Assembly (NCBI GenBank): GCA_030649025.1
Contig: JAUSGO010000004.1
Coordinates: 6,824 to 70,823, forward strand
Source: a bacterium
GTDB lineage: Bacteria > Patescibacteriota > Minisyncoccia > JAUYLV01
Reading direction: 5' to 3'
Length of the DNA stretch: 64,000 bases
Positions 18,834 through 26,932 of this stretch are shown here, in pieces. The notes beneath the pieces are model-generated. The model did not search any database, was not told the origin of the DNA, and saw nothing but the letters and a program-made list of their open reading frames with translations. Made by a program: the position numbers and the translations under genes. Each line of letters begins with the position of its first letter. Position 1 is the stretch's first letter.

Positions 18834-19229
18834 TTAATGAATTCGGACGGTTACCCTGAAAGATCTTGTCGGTGATTTTTGTTTTCCGAACGGCCGCCGA
18901 TACTCCAGCTCAACCACGCAAGAGTCTTTCTTCTTGGCTTTGAGCCTGAAAATCTCCACGGTCTTCATGTTGGGGTATCCCTGCTCCGGCTCCCGGAGAT
19001 TCTTGCCGACAAACTCCAGCAATCTCTTATCGTATTCGGCAAGTTGCCACGAGTAGCCGGTTCCCGGTTGACCTGGAAGTTCAATGACCAAAAAACTTCC
19101 TTTTGCCACCTCAACGGTCTTCCCGTTGTCGGCCTCCGTAACCAGCGCCGTTCCGGGCTCCGAAGCGATTGAAAAAGAGCAAATTGACAGCAAGGCGAGA
19201 AAAAGAACGGAAACAAAAAGTCTACTCAT
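18834..19229 (-). CDS. Secreted chagasin/ICP-family (I42) cysteine protease inhibitor
   Basis: Signal peptide; DNGKTVEV, LPGQPGTGYSW, LEYRRPF motifs; GGAGG SD. Confidence 0.85.
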   Translation of the reverse strand: MSRLFVSVLFLALLSICSFSIASEPGTALVTEADNGKTVEVAKGSFLVIELPGQPGTGYSWQLAEYDKRLLEFVGKNLREPEQGYPNMKTVEIFRLKAKKKDSCVVELEYRRPFGKQKSPTRSFRVTVRIH

Positions 19230-19435
19230 TGGGGCCTCCCTCCTGCGCAGAAAATTGAAGAACACCAGAAGAATATCATAAATATGTGGACATAGTCGAG
19301 CGCGAGAGCAAAAACGTTCACATGCCACCTTGCCAAGGTGGAGAAACGGGTTCAATAAAATGTTCGTAGGCGACGACTGCTTGACTTTGAGATAAATCTT
19401 GCTAGGATAAGGATGACTTTACGGAGGCAAGAAAG

Positions 19436-19705
19436 ATGATACAACTGTTACTGCTTGGGCTCGGATCGTTTATTGTTGTAGCGCTGCTGGTTTTGGTCGG
19501 TCTGAAAATTGGATTGAAAATCGGGGGTTCTTTTTTGAACTTCCTCATGGTTTTTCTGCTCTTCGCGCTTAGTGTTGTTGGAACAGTCGCTCTTTACCAC
19601 CCACACATTCTGTACTTTCTTTACTTCCTTGCTTTTGTTCCGTCGCTTTTTGGAGCGGTCTTGGGCATCGGATGGAAGCTATTACGGGGACAATCCGCAC
19701 AATAA
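19436..19705 (+). CDS. Small hydrophobic membrane protein
   Basis: 89 aa with about 3 TM segments; TTGACT..TAGGAT promoter and GGAGG SD. Confidence 0.7.
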   Translation: MIQLLLLGLGSFIVVALLVLVGLKIGLKIGGSFLNFLMVFLLFALSVVGTVALYHPHILYFLYFLAFVPSLFGAVLGIGWKLLRGQSAQ

Positions 19706-19810
19706 GATTTCACGGTGGCAATTTTTGCCACCTTTCTTTTTGCGCACCTGCCAGCGCAAAGACGATTCAGAACGGCGCCCCCGCACGCCTTATCGATTTT
19801 TTACGCGCTT

Positions 19811-22800
19811 TTAGGACGGGTCCATCAAAGCGCGCAAGCGGCAGAATTCGCAGTCTTTTTCATCGCACCGCCGGTTCCAGAATTTCAAGTGCGTGATTTC
19901 ATCGGCAACGCGCTCAATGGTCTCTATCAACTCTTTTTTTTCTGCTTCGGTAATCTCAAACAGCTCTCGCCGATACTTACCCCGCTCATCCGGCTCCAGA
20001 AAATCAATAATGCCGGCTTTCATGTGATATGTTTTTTCGGGCTTCAAATCGAGAAGTAATTTGTAGAATACAAGTTGTCGCTTATATTGGCCACTCCGCT
20101 TGTCCCGGGTTTTGCCTTCTATCCAATTGCGGCTCTGGGGTTGTTTGGTTTTGTAGTCCACTACAGCCACGCTTCTTCCGTCGGCATCCAGCTCCAACTT
20201 ATCAAGGTTTCCGGTAAGTTTGATGTCTTTACCGAGCAACACTCCCGGTACCCTGAATTCGTTTATGGTCTGGGCGCTCCATGTCTCGTGCCAGGCATCA
20301 AAGTACCCTCCGAGCGACACGCCTCCTTTTTTTATAAGCGCCTCTTTGTCGCGTCTGCCAAGAGCCTTGTGGGCCATGTCTTGTCGGAATGCATCGAGTA
20401 AAAAATTCTTGTTCGTGTCCTTTCCCTGATTTCTTGCGTCAAAAAACATCTGCAAAGCTTTGTGCGCAGCAATGCCATATATTTGGAGCGATGTCGGGGA
20501 GGAGAACCAGCGCAGCAAATTCTGATAAAAAAATCGCCACGGACACGACAGATAGTTATTGAGCGCTGTCGCATTCAGTCCTCGCTTCCTGAAAATTTCC
20601 GAGAAATATTCTCTTCCGGGTGCCGCAAGTTCGTGCGGTGGAGCCATAAACGCCTCTCTTCTCTCCGAGAATGCTTTTTCAAACTCATCTCCGGCGTGCG
20701 CCTCGCGCAGATTCTCCCGTATTTCTTCTATGAATTGGCTCGGGACAAGCTCTCTGCCATCGGAAGAGGTCTGGCTATAAGTAATACACGAGACGCGTTT
20801 TGCTCGGGTAAGCGCCATGTAAAAAAGCCTTCGCTCGTCCTCGTTTTTCTCCATTTCTGAAACGTCCGACACCGTCCGGAACGGAAGTTCAAAATATTTG
20901 CGCGACCGCTTATTGCCCCAGTGGCCGTCCGATGCCCCGACAATGAACACCGCTTCAAATTCCAGTCCCTTGGCTTTGTGCGCGGTCATCAGGCGCACCG
21001 CCTCCTCAAGACGCGCGCCGCGTTCTCTGATCGTAGCTCCATGCGAGCGTAGCACCTCCAGATATTCCATGAGATCGCGCAATGCGGCGTCCTGGTGGTT
21101 TTCGGATATCTTTTTTACTTCATCAAAAAACGCGCCGACAGCTTCCATGTTTTTGGCATAATTGCCGTGTTTGAGTGCGTGCTCGAGAAATCCGGACTCA
21201 CGCATGAGCCTGGAGATGAATTTCGCAAGTTCCTCGTTCTCGCTCTGTTGTTTCCAGCGTGCCAATTTCTCGTACAAATCTTTGATTTTTGCCGGTTCGC
21301 GAACGCCAAGCATATCCAAATTCTCTGATCCAGAAACCAGCATCCAAAGCGATACGCGCTTCTCGTCATCCGTGGCGCGGATGAGTCGGTAGATATCCAT
21401 GGGGTCGAGTGCCAAAAAATCAATGTGTAGAATTCGTGCCAGCGCCTCGTCTTCTCCAAAGCGCCAGATCGCATTGCATAAGGCCACGAGTTTCATGATA
21501 AGGCGATTGGCCAGCACGTTTCGGTCCGACTCGATGACAAAAGGTATGTTTTGCGCGGCAAAAAAATCGGCGATGGGCAGCGCATCCCTATTCTCGCGAT
21601 ATAGTATCCCCATATTCTTCCAGGGAACGCCTTGGGAAAAGAGCTCCTTTACACGTCCGGCAAGAAAAAGAAGTTCTGCCTCCGGCAACGAGAACTTCCA
21701 GACCTGTACAAGATCCTTCCCCTTTTTTTCTGCCGCCTGAAGCGAGCCTCGCCTTAGAGGGCGGGCGGCTCGCAGGGGGAGCGACAGCACCGCTTTGTTC
21801 TTTTCTATGAGCGATTGCGCCGAATCCAGGATGGTCTGCGTAGAGCGGTAATTTTCTTCCAGTGAAATGAACTTTGCATCCGCGTATTTATTCTTAAAGT
21901 AAAGAAAATTGTCGAGCGATGCTCCCTGGAACCGGAAAATCGCCTGCTTTTCATCTCCCACCACAAAGAGGTTCGGGTTCGGATAGAAACTTGCCAAAAG
22001 CTCGAGCACTTTGTTCTGGGCACCGTTGGTATCCTGATGCTCGTCAACGAGGATATACTGATAACGTTCCTGCAGTTCTAGCAGAAAATTCTTGTCCGAC
22101 TCCATGGCCTTTATGGTTTCCAGGATCATGTCGTCGAAATCATACAACTTCCGCGTCCGCAGCACTTCCTGATACCGGACGTATATTTCGGAAAGCTCTT
22201 TGTTCCGGTTCAGCTTTTCCAGCCGTCTTTGTGCCGAACCCTTCATTTCATTCTTGTATTTCCCTTTGGTGTGGTGCAGATCGTCGCGCGACTCAAACTC
22301 CTCTTTCTCCCTTTTTACCAATTCGGCAAACGCGTCGAGACCGAATCCTTCTCGCTTGATGTCTTTGATGGCCTTGAGAATTTCCGGTACATAGTAGAAT
22401 TTCTCCGCGAACGGCCGGAGGTTCGTCCAAGAACCTTCTTCGATGATAGCGCGCAGGATGGCCATGGCATCGGCGGGCATGCAGTGTCTGCCGCCCATAA
22501 TAGCCGGATATTTTTCCGGATATTGCTGGATAAGCGCGTTGCAAAACCCATGGAACGTTCCGATGCGGACGTAATAGCCGCGGCTGCCGATAAGCGCAAC
22601 AAGCCTGCGGCGCATGTTCGCGGAAGCAGCTTCGGTGAAGGTGAGCGCCAGGATCGCTTCGGCGGGCGTGTCGGTGCGGGCTAAAATATTGGCAATGCGG
22701 AGCGTCAAGATCTGTGTTTTGCCAGTACCGGGTCCGGCGACAACCATGACGGGTCCTTCAATGTTTTCCACCGCCTCGCGTTGCCGGGGATTTAGTTTTT

Positions 22801-22852
22801 GCATCTCCGTTTCAAAGGGGGTCATGTTGTCGGATGTTACACCTCTCTCCAT
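19811..22852 (-). CDS. UvrD/PcrA-like SF1 helicase fused to a C-terminal PD-(D/E)XK nuclease
   Basis: AGPGTGKT, LVDEHQD, VGDEKQAIFRFQGA, TAHKAKGLEF, EDERRLFYMALTRAK; G-LDKL..VVDYKT nuclease; Cys pattern SCPW...CDEKDCEFC; start could be 22825. Confidence 0.92.
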   Translation of the reverse strand: MERGVTSDNMTPFETEMQKLNPRQREAVENIEGPVMVVAGPGTGKTQILTLRIANILARTDTPAEAILALTFTEAASANMRRRLVALIGSRGYYVRIGTFHGFCNALIQQYPEKYPAIMGGRHCMPADAMAILRAIIEEGSWTNLRPFAEKFYYVPEILKAIKDIKREGFGLDAFAELVKREKEEFESRDDLHHTKGKYKNEMKGSAQRRLEKLNRNKELSEIYVRYQEVLRTRKLYDFDDMILETIKAMESDKNFLLELQERYQYILVDEHQDTNGAQNKVLELLASFYPNPNLFVVGDEKQAIFRFQGASLDNFLYFKNKYADAKFISLEENYRSTQTILDSAQSLIEKNKAVLSLPLRAARPLRRGSLQAAEKKGKDLVQVWKFSLPEAELLFLAGRVKELFSQGVPWKNMGILYRENRDALPIADFFAAQNIPFVIESDRNVLANRLIMKLVALCNAIWRFGEDEALARILHIDFLALDPMDIYRLIRATDDEKRVSLWMLVSGSENLDMLGVREPAKIKDLYEKLARWKQQSENEELAKFISRLMRESGFLEHALKHGNYAKNMEAVGAFFDEVKKISENHQDAALRDLMEYLEVLRSHGATIRERGARLEEAVRLMTAHKAKGLEFEAVFIVGASDGHWGNKRSRKYFELPFRTVSDVSEMEKNEDERRLFYMALTRAKRVSCITYSQTSSDGRELVPSQFIEEIRENLREAHAGDEFEKAFSERREAFMAPPHELAAPGREYFSEIFRKRGLNATALNNYLSCPWRFFYQNLLRWFSSPTSLQIYGIAAHKALQMFFDARNQGKDTNKNFLLDAFRQDMAHKALGRRDKEALIKKGGVSLGGYFDAWHETWSAQTINEFRVPGVLLGKDIKLTGNLDKLELDADGRSVAVVDYKTKQPQSRNWIEGKTRDKRSGQYKRQLVFYKLLLDLKPEKTYHMKAGIIDFLEPDERGKYRRELFEITEAEKKELIETIERVADEITHLKFWNRRCDEKDCEFCRLRALMDPS

Positions 22853-22910
22853 AGTAGTATAGAGCAGCAAAAAGAAAAATACGCTGCAATTTGTGCAACG
22901 TATGTTCGAG

Positions 22911-24152
22911 TTAAGACGGCTTCACGATAACCGTTACGAATTTTTCTGGTTTCAGCGTTTGCGCGCGAAGCGCCTCGACCTCTTCAAGAGTGATAGAAGA
23001 GATAATTTTGCGTTGTCGCGGGAAGTAGCGCTCCAAACTTTTGAGCGGCCAGTGTTTTTGTGCTGTGCCAAGAATATGTCCTGACCAGTCTTCCAGTTTC
23101 TCCGGCGTGAGCATATGCAGGTCGTCAAGCGACTCCTGTACTTCCTCGAAAGTGCTTTGATCTTGCAGGGGCGTAAAGACCGAGCTCTCAATAAGTTCCC
23201 GGACCGTATCAATGCGCGAAGAGAGGGTTTCCACATAGGCCGCGAAATAGTAGCCAAGCGGATGGGCGCCCGATATTCCGCCCCATAACGCATATGCAAA
23301 ACCTCTTTTCTCTCGCACCTCGTTCCATAACCGCGACGTCTGGCCGCTCACCAAAAGCCGCATCAAGAACGTTGACATCTGACGCGTCCGCTCGTTCTTG
23401 AAGATGGGAAACTTGCAACCAAAAAGCAGGGTTGCCTTTTCGCTTTTAGGCCGCTCAATAACAACCTCCTGCTTTTCGGGCAGCACTCCGTACTCGTCGT
23501 TCCATGCATTGTGCAGCACGTGCCCGCGTGGCAGAGCAAGGTGTTTTTCCAGTAGCGAGAGGACCTGGTCGTGGCGGACGTCCCCGATGGCAAGCGCGAT
23601 GGTGTTTTTCGGGACAAACCACTTCGCCTTCTCGCGCAGAAGATCTTCCCTGGTAACATTCTGGACTCCTGAGGGCGAGCCTACGCCATGAATGCGCAGA
23701 GGATTTTCCCGCCAGAGCTCCTTCCAGAGCGCAATGTAGGCGAGGTAGTTGTCTTCGTCGTGGTCGCGCGCTATCTCATTGAGCACGACCTCTTTTTCTC
23801 TTTCAACCTCTTCGACGGGGAATCGGGAGTTGCAGTAGATATCGCACATCAGATCACACAAGAGCGGAAATTTTCTTGCGATCGCTTCTCCCTCAAATCC
23901 TATCTCAATGTGCCCGGTATGGGCATTGCGCTCAAGTAAATTCCGTCGAATGAAGGAGTTAATATCCGCAATGCTTCTTCTGGCAGTTCCTTTGAACGCC
24001 ATATGTTCAAAATAATGGAAAAGCCCTTTTTTGCCGGGTGGGTCATAAGCAGACCCTACTCCCGCGACCAGTTCTAGATGCGTTTTTTTTGAAGGAACGC
24101 GGCAGGAGATGATGCGCAGGCCGTCATCACGAACCGTTTCTTGGATTTTCAT
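22911..24152 (-). CDS. M16 (pitrilysin-family) metallopeptidase
   Basis: HYFEHMAFKGT inverted Zn motif, EREKEVVLNE, SRLWNEVREKRG. Confidence 0.92.
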   Translation of the reverse strand: MKIQETVRDDGLRIISCRVPSKKTHLELVAGVGSAYDPPGKKGLFHYFEHMAFKGTARRSIADINSFIRRNLLERNAHTGHIEIGFEGEAIARKFPLLCDLMCDIYCNSRFPVEEVEREKEVVLNEIARDHDEDNYLAYIALWKELWRENPLRIHGVGSPSGVQNVTREDLLREKAKWFVPKNTIALAIGDVRHDQVLSLLEKHLALPRGHVLHNAWNDEYGVLPEKQEVVIERPKSEKATLLFGCKFPIFKNERTRQMSTFLMRLLVSGQTSRLWNEVREKRGFAYALWGGISGAHPLGYYFAAYVETLSSRIDTVRELIESSVFTPLQDQSTFEEVQESLDDLHMLTPEKLEDWSGHILGTAQKHWPLKSLERYFPRQRKIISSITLEEVEALRAQTLKPEKFVTVIVKPS

Positions 24153-24252
24153 GAACCACCCCCGTATGCTTGCCAGCCCAGTATGGACCATAAAATCTCA
24201 TTGTCAATCATTCATTCTTGTTCAAAATTCTCTTACTGGGTATACTCAAACA

Positions 24253-25575
24253 GTGAAATTGGATAAAAACTTTTTAAAAGATACGCTTATATCGTCGAGG
24301 GGCATTCTTGTCGGCACAACATTCGCAAGTTATGTTCTCGGTCTTCTGCGCGACCGGCTTTTTGCGCATACCTTTGGCGCGGGACAGGAGTTGGACGCTT
24401 ACCAGGCGGCTTTTTTACTTCCGGATTTTCTTTTGAATTTTTTGATCGCCGGGGGGCTTGCTGCGGCGTTTGTGCCGCTCTTTCTTGAAGCGAAATCAAA
24501 AGATCCGAAACAGGCTATACTGTTTGCCAGAACAATAACCACGATCTCCGCGCTTTTAATGCTTGGGGTTGGCGCGCTGCTTTTCATCTTTGCGCCCTAT
24601 CTTGCGACACTCGTTGCTCCCGGGTTCGGCGCAGAAAACCATATACTTCTGGTGCGTCTCGTGCGCGTGCTTGCGTTTTCTCCCACGATATTTGCGGCGT
24701 CAAACGCCTTGGGCGGCATTCTTGTCGCCGAAAATCGATTTCTCACCTATGGACTTGCACCGGTGTTCTATAACGCGGGCATTATCGTAGGAACATTCTT
24801 TCTCGCGCCCCATTTTGGTATTTTGGGCGTTGCATACGGCACCATAGGCGGCGCCCTACTGCATCTTGCCGTTCGACTTTTGGAACTTAAAACATTGCGC
24901 TTTCCCATCCGCCCCGCGTTCCACATGAAACTTCCCCAATTCATTCCGTTTTTACGCCTGTCCCTTCCTAAAATGTTCGGTCACCCTGTGGAGATGGCAA
25001 CATTTTGGGGATTTACCGCGCTTGCCTCGACTCTGCCAAGCGGCAGTATCGCAATATTGAACTTCGCGAGAAATTTTCAAAGCGTTCCCATAAGCCTTAT
25101 CGGTATCTCGTTTGCGACGGTGTCGTTTTCGCTTCTTGCCAAGGCCCACGCCGAGAAAGACCGCGATCGATTCAATGCCGAGCTTAATCGTACGATGCGG
25201 CATATCGTGATGTTGAGCGTGCTTGCGGCACTAGGCATGTTTTTTTTCCGAAACCTCATTATCTCGCTTCTCATCGGCGGGGGATCGTTTGACGAGCATG
25301 CAGTGCGTGAAACTGCGCTGCTGCTTGGCGCGTTCACCCTCTCGATTCCCTTTGAAGCCGTAAGCCATCTGCAGGCGCGCGCGTTTTATGCGGCGAAAAA
25401 TACACTTTTACCTGTTTTGGCGGGCGCATTCAATCTCATAATCTCCGTTTTTTGCGCATGGATGCTTATTGGTACATTCGGGCTTTTGGCCCTTCCGCTT
25501 GGGTATGCGATAGGAACCCTTGCAAAAGTCATTGTCCTTGGCATTCTTTTGCCAAGACAACTTAAGAATATTTAA
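24253..25575 (+). CDS. murJ: Lipid II flippase MurJ
   Basis: SYVLGLLRDR, DAYQAAFLLPD, AAAFVP, RAFYA motifs; GTG start 24253. Confidence 0.9.
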   Translation: MKLDKNFLKDTLISSRGILVGTTFASYVLGLLRDRLFAHTFGAGQELDAYQAAFLLPDFLLNFLIAGGLAAAFVPLFLEAKSKDPKQAILFARTITTISALLMLGVGALLFIFAPYLATLVAPGFGAENHILLVRLVRVLAFSPTIFAASNALGGILVAENRFLTYGLAPVFYNAGIIVGTFFLAPHFGILGVAYGTIGGALLHLAVRLLELKTLRFPIRPAFHMKLPQFIPFLRLSLPKMFGHPVEMATFWGFTALASTLPSGSIAILNFARNFQSVPISLIGISFATVSFSLLAKAHAEKDRDRFNAELNRTMRHIVMLSVLAALGMFFFRNLIISLLIGGGSFDEHAVRETALLLGAFTLSIPFEAVSHLQARAFYAAKNTLLPVLAGAFNLIISVFCAWMLIGTFGLLALPLGYAIGTLAKVIVLGILLPRQLKNI

Positions 25576-25655
25576 ATTTTTTTCTCGGATTTTGAGCGCA
25601 GAATTTGTCAGCAATAAAACCCGGCCATTGGTGATGGTCGGGCGTTTAGTACACC

Positions 25656-26681
25656 TCAGAATTGTGTGATGATGAGCACCCAGTCGTTCACGTACTCGTC
25701 ACGCAGTGTTCCGTTGGCGTCCTTTGTGGCACGGATAGCAAACACCTTCCAGGTGTTCTTAATGTGTTCCATGAGTAGGCGGTTGAATGTTTCGTCTCCC
25801 GGACTTGAGAAGATGTGCGTGTCTTCAATGTTGCCGCCCAGTGAGACCTTCAGAGCAAAATACATCGTTTTCCCTCGAAATTTTCGAATAGCTCTGTTTA
25901 GCTCCCGGTTTTGTGTATCGGCCGGAGGATCAGGACGGCTGAAAACAAAAGCTCTTGTGTCGCTTCTGCCTCTTCCGAAACCCGCGCCGATGCCGCCGCC
26001 CTCTCCACCGCCCGTCCCGCCGCCGCTGCCGGGGCCGTAACCGCCGCCGCTGCCGGGGCCTATGCCCGTCCCAGTGCCCGCGCCGATACCACCCGCAGAT
26101 CCCTCGCCATCGGAAGTGGGATTGGGTATGGGGGCCATGGCATCTCCCACAGTATCGGGAAGTGCGGGAATGGGAATTTGTGATGCGTCAATTGAGCCCT
26201 GCAAAGAAGGAGGTTCGGGAATATCCGGATCTATATTCGGCGATGCAACGGAAGGCACGACAATCTGCGCCCGCTTAATGTCGGGAAGTTTTCCGGCAGA
26301 GGGCGGCTTGGGAGAATTTTTCCCTCCGCCTCCGCCGCCTCCGCCAATATCCGTCGAATCCATTTTTGGCATGTAAAGCAGGATGTACGGCGGACGGGTT
26401 TCGGCAACCATCGGTCTTTTTTGGGTCTTGCGGCCCATGAGCATCGCCAAGAGCACGACAATGGTTATGGTCATCGGATAGACCAAGCAAGTCGTTGCAA
26501 GCTGCGCTACCCATCTGTGACGGTTTTCTTTTTCTACCTGGACGACAAGATTTGTCGTCGGTTCGCAAATGCCCAGCGTGATAATGCAGGTGTTTCGATG
26601 TATATTCGTGTTTTCAAGTAGCCGCTCGACACTTCTCAAGGAAGCACGATCGGCTAAGTTTCGCATTATTTTGAGAAACAC
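25656..26681 (-). CDS. TonB-like membrane-anchored protein with Pro/Gly-rich linker and divergent TonB-C-like domain
   Basis: Single TM, GGGGGGGG..PPSAGKLP, Pro-rich segment, GGIG.G.G.G.GPG.GGG repeats, C-terminal ALKVSLGGNI..IFSSPGDETFNRLLMEHIKNTWK; AAGGAGG SD before GTG 26681. Confidence 0.6.
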   Translation of the reverse strand: MFLKIMRNLADRASLRSVERLLENTNIHRNTCIITLGICEPTTNLVVQVEKENRHRWVAQLATTCLVYPMTITIVVLLAMLMGRKTQKRPMVAETRPPYILLYMPKMDSTDIGGGGGGGGKNSPKPPSAGKLPDIKRAQIVVPSVASPNIDPDIPEPPSLQGSIDASQIPIPALPDTVGDAMAPIPNPTSDGEGSAGGIGAGTGTGIGPGSGGGYGPGSGGGTGGGEGGGIGAGFGRGRSDTRAFVFSRPDPPADTQNRELNRAIRKFRGKTMYFALKVSLGGNIEDTHIFSSPGDETFNRLLMEHIKNTWKVFAIRATKDANGTLRDEYVNDWVLIITQF

Positions 26682-26764
26682 CGATGCGCCCTCCTTGTGA
26701 GATTGATGTGGATGTCGCATATCGTAGCACCATAACCGGCTATTGACAAGTTTTTCCATATAGC

Positions 26765-26808
26765 TATACTAGAAGGGTACAAGCCGCCTTAATAAAGGGT
26801 GGTTTTTT
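26765..26808 (+). promoter_or_regulatory. nusA promoter (-10 TATACT) followed by a terminator-like leader hairpin
   Basis: TATACT 26765-26770; GCCGCCTT..AGGGTGGTTTTTT. Confidence 0.4.
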
Positions 26809-26821
26809 GATTAAGAAATTT

Positions 26822-26925
26822 AAAAATCAAAGATCAAAAATCAAAATTAAGGAGTGAAAATTTTTCTTCAAAAAACTTTCACGATACTCCAAAATTTTGC
26901 ATTTTGAGATTTGCATTTTGAATTT
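26822..26925. repeat. Fold-back heptamer element (TCAAAAA / TTTTGCA), homologous to 50872-50991
   Basis: Shared blocks TCAAAAATCAAAATTAAGGAG, AAAAACTTTCACGATA, TTTTGCATTTTGAG.TTTGCATTTTGAATTT. Confidence 0.85.
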
Positions 26926-26932
26926 TACTACC

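Larger units (their letters stand above)
17175..19356. mobile_element. tRNA-Gly-anchored genomic islet (no integrase), bounded by a 35-bp tRNA duplication
   Basis: ATGCCACCTTGCCAAGGTGGAGAAACGGGTTCAAT identical at 17126-17160 and 19322-19356. Confidence 0.65.

Noticed and set aside
19322-19356. Second tRNA-Gly gene
   Set aside because: Only the anticodon arm and half of the T-arm are present, with no acceptor or D stems; treated as an att-like scar.
17175-19800. Prophage or intact ICE at tRNA-Gly
   Set aside because: No integrase, phage structural, relaxase or transposase gene recognisable; only about 2 kb of cargo.
25980-26110. Gly-rich GGC repeats as collagen-like or PE-PGRS protein, or as a DNA repeat element
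   Set aside because: No Gly-X-Y periodicity; explained as the low-complexity linker of the TonB-like CDS.
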